This document shows positions 1 through 7,665 of a DNA stretch of 30,099 nt, one piece after another (the first letter of the stretch is position 1; each line of letters begins with the position of its first letter). The notes beneath the pieces are model-generated. The model searched no databases. It saw only the letters and a program-made list of their open reading frames with translations, and was not told the DNA's origin. The stretch is from Candidatus Latescibacterota bacterium (GTDB lineage: Bacteria > Latescibacterota > UBA2968), in contig JAYODI010000044.1 in assembly GCA_038279365.1 (NCBI GenBank), positions 1-30,099 of the forward strand, in the 5' to 3' direction. The position numbers and the translations under genes are program-made.

Positions 1-47
1 TGCCGTCTGCCCGTCTCAATTCTCACCTCTCCAACTCAAAGGTACAC

Positions 48-1031
48 ATGAACCCAGACCACATCCTCAAAGTTCGCAATCTAAAAAAATACTTCCCCAT
101 CCAAAAAGGTCTGTTGCGCCGTATTGTGGGGCATGTCAAATCCGTCGATGGTGTAGACTTTGATGTGGAACGCGGTGAAACATTGGGTTTGGCAGGTGAA
201 AGCGGTTGTGGCAAAACCACCACCATTCGCACCATATTGCGTGCCCATCCTCCCACAGATGGCCAAGTCACTTACAACAATGGTGGGCAAAACATCGACT
301 TGTTTGCCCTCTCAAATGAAGAACTCAAACCGCTTCGCGCCGAATTGCAATATGTCTTCCAAGATCCATTCGGCTCTCTCGACCCCCGAATGACCGTACG
401 CGACATCGTGGCCGAACCCCTCCAAATTCACAACCTGGCCACGGGCCGCGAACTCAGCGAACGGGTGGCCGATCTCATGCAACGCGTGGGCTTAAACCCA
501 GCCCACCTCAATCGCTACCCCCACGCCTTTAGTGGTGGACAGCGTCAGCGCATTGGCATTGCACGTGCCCTTGCACTGCGCCCCAAACTTATCATGCTCG
601 ACGAACCCGTGTCCGCACTCGATGTATCCGTGCGTGCCCAAGTGCTCAACCTCCTCATGGATTTGCAAGAAGAGTTTGAGCTCACGTATATCATCGTTGC
701 ACACGACTTGGCCATTCTCGAACGCATTTGTGATCGCATTGCCGTGATGTTTCTCGGCCACATCATGGAATTGACCGACAGCCATACCCTTTTTGCAAAC
801 CCCTTACACCCCTACACCAAAGCCCTGCTATCGGCCATTCCCATTCCCAACCCACGAATCCAAAACAAACGAGAAATTCTGCAAGGTGATGTGCCCGACC
901 CTGCCGACTCACCTGAAGGATGTAAATTTTGCAGCCGTTGCCCATTGGCAGAGTCGCGCTGTTTTAGCGAAGAACCCGCTTTAAGAGAAGTCCAACCCAA
1001 GCATTTTGTGCGGTGTCACTTGGTCACATGA
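48..1031 (+). CDS. oppF: Dipeptide/oligopeptide ABC transporter ATP-binding subunit (OppF/DppF type)
   Basis: Walker A GESGCGKTT, Q-loop FQDPFGSLDPR, signature FSGGQRQR, Walker B MLDEP, and a C-terminal HPYT motif with a Cys cluster (GCKFCSRC...C...C). The rest of the opp operon is presumably upstream of the window. Confidence 0.93.
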   Translation: MNPDHILKVRNLKKYFPIQKGLLRRIVGHVKSVDGVDFDVERGETLGLAGESGCGKTTTIRTILRAHPPTDGQVTYNNGGQNIDLFALSNEELKPLRAELQYVFQDPFGSLDPRMTVRDIVAEPLQIHNLATGRELSERVADLMQRVGLNPAHLNRYPHAFSGGQRQRIGIARALALRPKLIMLDEPVSALDVSVRAQVLNLLMDLQEEFELTYIIVAHDLAILERICDRIAVMFLGHIMELTDSHTLFANPLHPYTKALLSAIPIPNPRIQNKREILQGDVPDPADSPEGCKFCSRCPLAESRCFSEEPALREVQPKHFVRCHLVT

Positions 1032-2047
1032 TCCATCAAATCCAAATCTTATGGCCGACTCTTGTACCCAACCATTCTCAAATAGATGTCATCCAACCCA
1101 TCTCCGAATCGCGTTTCCATACCGTATGGAAAATAACCACTTCCGATCAAAGTCACTTTGTACTTAAACACCATCTTTTTGCCCATCTCACCAAAGACAA
1201 ACCTTATGACCTTATTGCCGTAGAAAACGACGTAACAACCCTTCTGCTCAAAGAAAATGCATCGGTTTCCCCAATCATCGCAACTTATCCAGAGCACGGG
1301 TTCACCATATACAAATGGTGCGGAGAAGATACTTTAGACGACCATTGCCAACACCACGCCACAGCCCCGATCACAAACAAAGTCATAGATACCCTTCTAA
1401 CTTTAGAGAACAGTTTTCAAAAACATACCCACACACTCCAATCGCGCATTGCACCTGGTAGCAACAGAGAAGATGTTCAAAACGCGTTTTCAGAAACCCT
1501 AAGTTCTCTCACCGATGTTTTACCCAATCTCATTTATACCCTAACGCAACAATCTCCACCCAATATATTTGCACACTGGCAACACATCTGCCAGCAGATA
1601 CAAGATATGCCGTTCACACTTGGCCCGACCGACTACAATGCGCGTAACATCGTATTGTCTGCCCATCACATTCCCTACATACTCGAATTATCCAAAATAG
1701 GATATGACTGGCCAGAACGCCGATTGATACAATACACCACCAGTTTAGGGGCTCATCTTTCAACAGGCCGTATCATTGGATTGATTACACCACAAAGTGC
1801 CTCCAGATATGCACAGAAATCGGCAACATACCGCTCTCAGTCTTCCGACCAAATCCTCACCAACCTCGATATACACCATCTTATTTTTTATCTGCTCGCA
1901 GCCCTACAATGTCTACAAGCAAGTACCCAGCCCCATCATCCTTGGAAAAATATAGATACCCGTTTAAACAATATTCAAACGGCCCTGTCCATACCGCTTT
2001 CACAAACACCATCAACTCTTTTTTTTCGCCATCTGTTTCAACCTTAA
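1028..2047 (+). CDS. Aminoglycoside-phosphotransferase/choline-kinase-like fold protein with atypical motifs
   Basis: Long ORF; ATG 1028 overlaps the oppF stop (ATGA), so it is preferred over 1013. Has a VLK lysine, a catalytic-loop-like TDYNARN, and ILELSK at the DFG-like position. Family call is by motif recognition only. Confidence 0.6.
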   Translation: MIHQIQILWPTLVPNHSQIDVIQPISESRFHTVWKITTSDQSHFVLKHHLFAHLTKDKPYDLIAVENDVTTLLLKENASVSPIIATYPEHGFTIYKWCGEDTLDDHCQHHATAPITNKVIDTLLTLENSFQKHTHTLQSRIAPGSNREDVQNAFSETLSSLTDVLPNLIYTLTQQSPPNIFAHWQHICQQIQDMPFTLGPTDYNARNIVLSAHHIPYILELSKIGYDWPERRLIQYTTSLGAHLSTGRIIGLITPQSASRYAQKSATYRSQSSDQILTNLDIHHLIFYLLAALQCLQASTQPHHPWKNIDTRLNNIQTALSIPLSQTPSTLFFRHLFQP

Positions 2048-2060
2048 AAATCCCCAAAAT

Positions 2061-2101
2061 AAAAAAAGGAACCAGCGGTCGGGAGTGCTGGTTCCTTTTT
2101 T
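2061..2101. terminator. Bidirectional intrinsic terminator
   Basis: A7-GGAACCAGC-loop-GCTGGTTCC-T6; can end both the + strand operon and the minus-strand candidate sRNA. Confidence 0.88.
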
Positions 2102-2242
2102 AATAGGGCGGGTCAAATAACCATCTTGCTTGTATAACATCAACCACGCCGTTTAAAAGGAGGGAAGCCCAGCAGTCGGGGTGCTGAGCTCCCTCACAAG
2201 GGCGACGGGTCGGGGCCGTCGCCTAATAATTGTTGATATGTC
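2061..2242 (-). ncRNA. Candidate sigma54-dependent small RNA with three CCCGAC-loop hairpins
   Basis: Sigma54 box at 2253-2269 (-) predicts +1 near 2242. Stems at 2201-2223, 2160-2195 and 2068-2095 have loops CCCCGAC, CCCCGAC and ACUCCCGACC. The last stem is followed by U7. U.G pairs form only on the minus strand. Confidence 0.7.
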
Positions 2243-2252
2243 TTTATACTTT

Positions 2253-2269
2253 TGCAAAGTGTATGCCAA
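2253..2269 (-). promoter_or_regulatory. Sigma54 (-24/-12) promoter
   Basis: Minus strand reads TTGGCATACACTTTGCA: GG-N10-GC with TGGCA and TTGCA boxes, close to the TGGCAC-N5-TTGC consensus. Confidence 0.78.
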
Positions 2270-2395
2270 TCAAAAAAACAAACTCGAAATACATATAATA
2301 TTTTATTTTATAAATACTTAAGGAGAGTCAATCCAATACCAAAATCTCTGCACCATCTACAATCAAGCAAATTTTGAAACATTTGCACCCACCAA

Positions 2396-2411
2396 TGGCG
2401 CATCTGCGCCA
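2396..2411. promoter_or_regulatory. Perfect palindrome, candidate enhancer-binding-protein site or operator
   Basis: TGGCGCA-TC-TGCGCCA, about 130-145 bp upstream of the sigma54 -24 box. Confidence 0.4.
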
Positions 2412-2530
2412 CCTTTTGCAAGGTACAAAATCAAAACTTAAAAATTGCGTATTCTGTAAATTGTTATGTCCAAAATTTGGGTACATAGACGCATACAAAA
2501 GATTCAATATTCACACGGTCAATTGTGTTA

Positions 2531-2559
2531 TTGACACCAGCAAAAAATTCAAATATCCT
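2531..2559 (+). promoter_or_regulatory. Sigma70-type promoter for the cupin gene
   Basis: TTGACA-17 bp-TATCCT. Confidence 0.65.
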
Positions 2560-2672
2560 AAGACAACTCAAAGATATAAGCATACCTATCAACACACTGG
2601 CTGCGTCTACAATGCACGTAACGCATCATCAGCAAAGCACCGTAGATTCGACATTCATACTAAGGAGCCATC

Positions 2673-3035
2673 ATGCCATCACCTGTTCAACACCTTGACC
2701 AAACATCAACCGATGAATTTCCTTGGGGCACGCTCAACTGGCTTATGGGACAAGCCTTAGACCCAGATGCCCAACAAACCTTTGGTATGGTCGTGATTGA
2801 ACCCGGCCAACAAAACCCACCACACTACCACCCCAACTGCGAAGAATTGCTTTACGTTCTTTCAGGCACCTGTGAACACACCTATGGCGATGACAGCTAT
2901 GACCTCAAACCCGGCGATCTGATTCGTGTGCCATCCGGTGTCATTCACCACGCCATCAACCATGGCAAAGAACCCCTAAGAGCCATCATTTCCTTTTCTG
3001 CGGGTGATCGCCAAACCGTTTTCCTCGACAAATAA
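2673..3035 (+). CDS. Cupin domain protein (Cupin_2-like)
   Basis: SD AAGGAG at 2662-2667. Cupin motif 1 PG...HYH...EELLYVLSG and motif 2 GDLIRVPSGVIH. Confidence 0.9.
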   Translation: MPSPVQHLDQTSTDEFPWGTLNWLMGQALDPDAQQTFGMVVIEPGQQNPPHYHPNCEELLYVLSGTCEHTYGDDSYDLKPGDLIRVPSGVIHHAINHGKEPLRAIISFSAGDRQTVFLDK

Positions 3036-3067
3036 CAACGAGATAGAACCCATACCCTAAACCGTTA

Positions 3068-3097
3068 GGGCATCCCCCAAGGATGCCCATTTCTTTT
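3068..3097 (+). terminator. Probable intrinsic terminator after the cupin gene
   Basis: GGGCATCC-CCCAA-GGATGCCC followed by ATTTCTTTT. Confidence 0.55.
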
Positions 3098-3135
3098 ATG
3101 TTCTAATCACGCAAACTCTGCCACCAGATATCGTC

Positions 3136-4149
3136 ATGAATTTCCCACCTGGCAAATTGCCCATTGATGTACTCGACAAACTCTTATCTACACACACAAC
3201 CCAAAAAGACCCACGCGTGGTGGTGGGCGCACGTGTGGGAGAAGATGCGGCCGTTATCGATTTTGGCAACCGATACCTCGTAGCCAAAACCGACCCCATC
3301 ACCTTTGCCACAAACGACATCGGTCACTATGCCATACACGTCAATGCCAACGACATTGCCACAATGGGGGCCATACCACGCTGGTTTCTATCCACTCTAT
3401 TACTGCCAGAATCCCGCACAGATGAAACGCTCGCTGAAACCATCTTTGCGTCCCTTCATAAAGCAGCACAAGAAATTGGCGTGTCCATTTGCGGTGGACA
3501 TACCGAAATCACCATCGGTCTCGACCGCCCTATTATTGTGGGCCAAATGTTAGGAGACGTTGCCAAAGAAGACCTCATTCAGGCAACCAACTTGGAACCA
3601 AATGATTGCATCTTACTCACCAAGGGATTGGGCATTGAAGCAACAGCCATTATTGCCAACGAAAAAACAAACATATTGGAAACATCCGATATTTCACCCA
3701 AAACCATTGCAAAAGCAACACAATACCTCTACAACCCAGGCATCAGCATCTTAAAAGAAGCCCGAATCGCCTGTCAGACAGCCCCTGTCAAAGCCATGCA
3801 TGACCCCACAGAAGGTGGCGTGGCAACCGCACTAAGAGAATGGGCACAAGCCGCAGATGTCGGCTTAGATATCAATGGCAATGCGTTGTATATCTCACCA
3901 GAAACCCAACAACTTTGCAACCATTTCCAATTAGACCCACTCGGTGTCATTTCATCGGGAGCCTTACTCATTGGTGTGTCACAAGCACACGCACAAACCG
4001 TTTGCAATGCCATTCAAAAAGCCCACATACCCTGTGCCATCATTGGGCACATACAAGAAAAATCATTTGGTTTAAAAATAACCTACAACAACACAACCAC
4101 AGATTTGCCCATTTTTGACAGAGACGAAATTGGCAAAATCTTCGCCTAA
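3136..4149 (+). CDS. AIR synthase-related protein (PurM/ThiL/HypE/SelD superfamily)
   Basis: GEDAAV, KTDP, NANDIATMG, GGHT and MHDPTEGG motifs typical of AIRS/AIRS_C proteins; substrate unknown. Confidence 0.85.
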   Translation: MNFPPGKLPIDVLDKLLSTHTTQKDPRVVVGARVGEDAAVIDFGNRYLVAKTDPITFATNDIGHYAIHVNANDIATMGAIPRWFLSTLLLPESRTDETLAETIFASLHKAAQEIGVSICGGHTEITIGLDRPIIVGQMLGDVAKEDLIQATNLEPNDCILLTKGLGIEATAIIANEKTNILETSDISPKTIAKATQYLYNPGISILKEARIACQTAPVKAMHDPTEGGVATALREWAQAADVGLDINGNALYISPETQQLCNHFQLDPLGVISSGALLIGVSQAHAQTVCNAIQKAHIPCAIIGHIQEKSFGLKITYNNTTTDLPIFDRDEIGKIFA

Positions 4150-4182
4150 CCATCAAACAGACCCTTCATCTGGAAACCGAAC

Positions 4183-5541
4183 ATGACCCCAATTCCAATT
4201 GCCAAAACACGCGAACCCTTTGTGGATAATCATCTGATAGATCACCTCACTGGGCTCACACACCAACTGCAAAAACCTGCCTCTCAAGAAATTTGCATTG
4301 TTCACAACGAACCTTGGGAAGGCAACACCTGCGGCTATCACACCGTTTTTCAAGACGGTGACATTTATCGCATGTATTACCGTGGCTCCCATCACGACCC
4401 CGACACCACCAAAACACCCCACGAAGTCACCTGTTATGCCGAAAGCACAGATGGCATCACCTGGACAAAACCCAATTTGGGTCTGTTTGAATTTGATGGC
4501 TCAAAAAACAACAACATTGTTTGGGTGGAAACGGGTGCTCACGATTTTTCGCCCTTCAAAGACCCCAATCCCAATGCCACATCCGATGCACAATACAAGG
4601 CACTTGCACGCGGCGATGGGGGGCTGCACACCTTCAAATCATCCGACGGCATTCATTGGTCTCGCATTGTAGATCACGCCGTTATCACCGAAGGCGCATT
4701 TGATTCACAAAACCTTGCCTTTTGGGATCCTCTCAAAAACTGCTATGTTGACTACCACCGTGGTTTTCGCCCTGTTGGTGACAAAAAAGTACGCGACATT
4801 CTCACCTGCACATCAACAGATTTCATCACCTGGACAGATCCCACATACATCACCCAAACAGGTGCACCCGTCGAACAGCTCTATACCAATCAAATTATAC
4901 CCTATTCACGCGCGCCGCATATCTACGTTGGTTTTCCCATGCGTTTTGTACCGGAACGAACCGTTTACGACATTGCCAAAGGCGGCGTTTCAGATGGTGT
5001 ATTGATGACCAGCCGCGATGGCCAAACCTTTCATCGTTGGCCCGAAGGATTCATTCGCCCAGGTCTCACAGATGAAAATTGGATTTGTCGCAACAACATG
5101 ACCGCTTGGGGCATTCTCGAAACGGCATCCAGCATTCCCAATCAAACAGAACTTTCTATTTACGCCACCGAACACTATTACAGCCGCACACAATGCGATC
5201 AACTGCGCCGTCACACCCTTCGCCTTGATGGCTTTGCATCTCTTCACGCCACTGCAAATGGCGGTGAACTGATCACAAAACCACTGACCTTTGAAGGCAA
5301 CACCCTCACCATAAACTTTTCCACCTCGGCAATCGGTTTTCTGCGCATCGAAATCCAAACACCTGAAGGCACACCCATCGACAATTTCACGCTTCAAAAT
5401 TGTGACGACATCTATGGCGATGCCATTGCCCGCACCATCACATGGCAAAACAACAGCGACCTAAGCCAACACGCAGGACAACCCATTCGATTACGCATCC
5501 AAATGAAAGATGCCGATCTTTTTGCCATTCAATTTCAATAG
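4183..5541 (+). CDS. Conserved hypothetical protein, probable beta-propeller glycoside-hydrolase-like fold
   Basis: 452-aa ORF with repeated Asp-box-like SxDGxxW motifs (STDGITW, SSDGIHW, STDFITW, SRDGQTF) and YRMYY; no obvious signal peptide. Confidence 0.65.
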   Translation: MTPIPIAKTREPFVDNHLIDHLTGLTHQLQKPASQEICIVHNEPWEGNTCGYHTVFQDGDIYRMYYRGSHHDPDTTKTPHEVTCYAESTDGITWTKPNLGLFEFDGSKNNNIVWVETGAHDFSPFKDPNPNATSDAQYKALARGDGGLHTFKSSDGIHWSRIVDHAVITEGAFDSQNLAFWDPLKNCYVDYHRGFRPVGDKKVRDILTCTSTDFITWTDPTYITQTGAPVEQLYTNQIIPYSRAPHIYVGFPMRFVPERTVYDIAKGGVSDGVLMTSRDGQTFHRWPEGFIRPGLTDENWICRNNMTAWGILETASSIPNQTELSIYATEHYYSRTQCDQLRRHTLRLDGFASLHATANGGELITKPLTFEGNTLTINFSTSAIGFLRIEIQTPEGTPIDNFTLQNCDDIYGDAIARTITWQNNSDLSQHAGQPIRLRIQMKDADLFAIQFQ

Positions 5542-5654
5542 AAAACCTTTCTCCGCTAAGGCAAATCGCGTTAGCAAACCGTTAAATAAGCCGTTGCCAT
5601 TGGGTCAAACACCCTTACCAGTTCTTCTTTCTCTTTTTCGAAAGCCAATCCCTT

Positions 5655-6221
5655 ATGCTCAAAGCTGTTATTTTTGATATGGACGGCACCCTCACCGTTC
5701 CATACATCAATTGGCAAGACCTGCGTGCCAAAATAGAATGCCCACCTACCCAAAACATCATCGACCACATCAACAGTCTGCCCCCAAAACGCGCCCAACA
5801 CGCCAACAACATTCTCCTATCCACCGAGCGCGAAGCCGCCGAAAATGCGGCCATGAATGAAGGGGCAACAGAAATCGTGCAAACGCTAAAAGATCTCGGT
5901 CTCAAACTCGCCTTGGTCACCAACAACCACCGCGAAGCCATGCACATCGTCCTTCAGCGTTATGGCCTCACCTTCGACATTGCACTCAGTCGCGACGACG
6001 GCACCCTCAAGCCCGCCCCCGACCTCATCATCAAAGCCCTACAAACCCTTCAAGTATCCGCCTCTGAAGCCATTGGCATTGGCGATAGCCAATACGACAT
6101 TCTCGCCTGCACAGCCGCAAATGTGCGCTGTATTTACCTCACCCACGGATCGCCCAAACTCAAACACGAACCCTCTGTTACCAACTTAAGTGATATGCTT
6201 GCCTTTATCGCACACCAATAA
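5655..6221 (+). CDS. HAD-superfamily hydrolase (phosphoglycolate phosphatase-like)
   Basis: Motif I DMDGT, motif II VTNN, motif III KP, motif IV GDSQYD. Confidence 0.9.
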   Translation: MLKAVIFDMDGTLTVPYINWQDLRAKIECPPTQNIIDHINSLPPKRAQHANNILLSTEREAAENAAMNEGATEIVQTLKDLGLKLALVTNNHREAMHIVLQRYGLTFDIALSRDDGTLKPAPDLIIKALQTLQVSASEAIGIGDSQYDILACTAANVRCIYLTHGSPKLKHEPSVTNLSDMLAFIAHQ

Positions 6222-6257
6222 AAAAGAGTCGCAAGCATTTAGCTTGCGACTCTTTTT
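6221..6257. terminator. Bidirectional intrinsic terminator between convergent genes
   Basis: AAAAAGAGTCGCAAGC-ATTTA-GCTTGCGACTCTTTTT, a perfect 16-bp inverted repeat. Confidence 0.9.
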
Positions 6258-6279
6258 ATTTACCTACAACCATCAAAAT

Positions 6280-7590
6280 CTAATCATCATCTCCTGGCAC
6301 AGGTTCCACAGCCGATACCTTATCGCCATAAGCTTCAATCGGTGGCAAGTTGCCATCGGGTCCCACTTCAAGCGGGCGCACATCCGAAATGATTTCCAAA
6401 TCATCGCGAATTTCTACTTGAGCCATATAAGCTTCCGAAACCTCAATTTCGCCCACATCTAAGGTGCTCTTAATCCAAACCACACGTGCATTTTCAGGTT
6501 CAATAAGTCCCAAAGACTCCAGCGCCACTGCAAGCACTTCGCGGTCGGTTTCATAATGCAATGGCACAGCACCAGCCGACACATGTTGACCTGTAATGAC
6601 ATTGGTATACATCGCATGAAAATCAATCTTATCCACCAAACGCTTGGTGGTAAACTCTGCCAAACCAATTCCAGTTGCATTGCCGTGTGTGGCTTCCGTT
6701 AAGTCACGCACAAAAATACGCAACACACGAGGTGTTTCGCCAGGCATCGCACAACGATCATTGCGCTTGCGCCCAATCACATTGGTGTCCATACCCGCAC
6801 CACTGATGTTTTTGCCCATCTCATCAATAATAAGCAAGTCCACATCTTCAAAGGGCAAACTGGGAAGCCACTTTTTAGATTGTGCCTGAAGCTTCTTTTC
6901 TTCTTCTTCAAAGTCATCAGCATGAATGGCTTGAATTAAGGCCGTTTCATCATAGGGGTTTTCAAGCGTGGCCACACCAAATCGAATGGGCATTTCTTCG
7001 CGTACGACCTTGCCCACAAGGCGTACAATCTTATCAAAGGAATGATGTATGATCGCACGGTGATAAACCGACGCCCCCTTGTGTTTGCCCAAACCAATGA
7101 GCATCATCTTCATCAAACCGCTCTCAATTTCGCCCACAAAGCCCGTGTGGGGTTTCACGCGATTAACCACCACCACATGGTCGGCCTCAGAAGCATTTTT
7201 ATCAAAATAAATGGGCATGCCAAAATCCGACATCCCAATCTGAATCACTTCCATAGACGACTTAATGGGACATCCCATATTTTCTTCATCAATGCCATAC
7301 CCCGCCAAAACACCGGCTTGCCCTTCGGCGGTCCCACCGCCATGAGAACCCATAGCAGGCACAATATAAGGCTTGGCACCAATGGCTTGCATCTCTTCTA
7401 CCACAGTCTTGACAATCACATTAATATTGGCAATGCCTCGACTGCCTGCGGCAATGGCCACCGTATCGCCAGCTTTAATCATCTTACCAGGGTTAATCTT
7501 GGCAATTTCTTCGCGCACCGCAGCGGCCACATCGTGAACACGGGGTGCATCAAAATGTTGCCGAACGCGAAACATATTGGGGTAATTCAT
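6280..7590 (-). CDS. Lactate-racemase (LarA) N-terminal domain / DUF362-like protein
   Basis: SD AGGAGG upstream. AGSRGI, PAMGSHGG, NRVKPHT, ESGLMKM and GKNISGAGMDTNVIGR motifs, recalled as typical of this uncharacterised family. Confidence 0.7.
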   Translation of the reverse strand: MNYPNMFRVRQHFDAPRVHDVAAAVREEIAKINPGKMIKAGDTVAIAAGSRGIANINVIVKTVVEEMQAIGAKPYIVPAMGSHGGGTAEGQAGVLAGYGIDEENMGCPIKSSMEVIQIGMSDFGMPIYFDKNASEADHVVVVNRVKPHTGFVGEIESGLMKMMLIGLGKHKGASVYHRAIIHHSFDKIVRLVGKVVREEMPIRFGVATLENPYDETALIQAIHADDFEEEEKKLQAQSKKWLPSLPFEDVDLLIIDEMGKNISGAGMDTNVIGRKRNDRCAMPGETPRVLRIFVRDLTEATHGNATGIGLAEFTTKRLVDKIDFHAMYTNVITGQHVSAGAVPLHYETDREVLAVALESLGLIEPENARVVWIKSTLDVGEIEVSEAYMAQVEIRDDLEIISDVRPLEVGPDGNLPPIEAYGDKVSAVEPVPGDDD

Positions 7591-7665
7591 ACGACCAGCC
7601 TCCTAAAAGGATGTGGAGATATATTTTGAAAATCACTATTATCCATCAAACCAACAAATAAAAAC

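Noticed and set aside
2012-2140. 42-codon minus-strand ORF (MLYKQDGYL...) inside the candidate sRNA
   Set aside because: No SD, it runs through the terminator hairpin and U-tract, and it overlaps the 3' end of the kinase-like gene. Cannot be fully excluded without Ribo-seq.
2061-2223. Plus-strand CsrB/RsmZ-type RNA or mini-CRISPR reading of the three hairpins
   Set aside because: Only one loop contains GGA, wobble pairs and the promoter favour the minus strand, the stems are not direct repeats, spacing is irregular, and no cas genes are present.
2374-2760. 128-aa plus-strand ORF in the intergenic region
   Set aside because: TTG start without SD, no recognisable motifs, spans a promoter and overlaps the cupin gene out of frame.
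3136-4149. Calling this gene hypE or thiL
   Set aside because: Only superfamily-level motifs are visible, and there is no hydrogenase or thiamine context.
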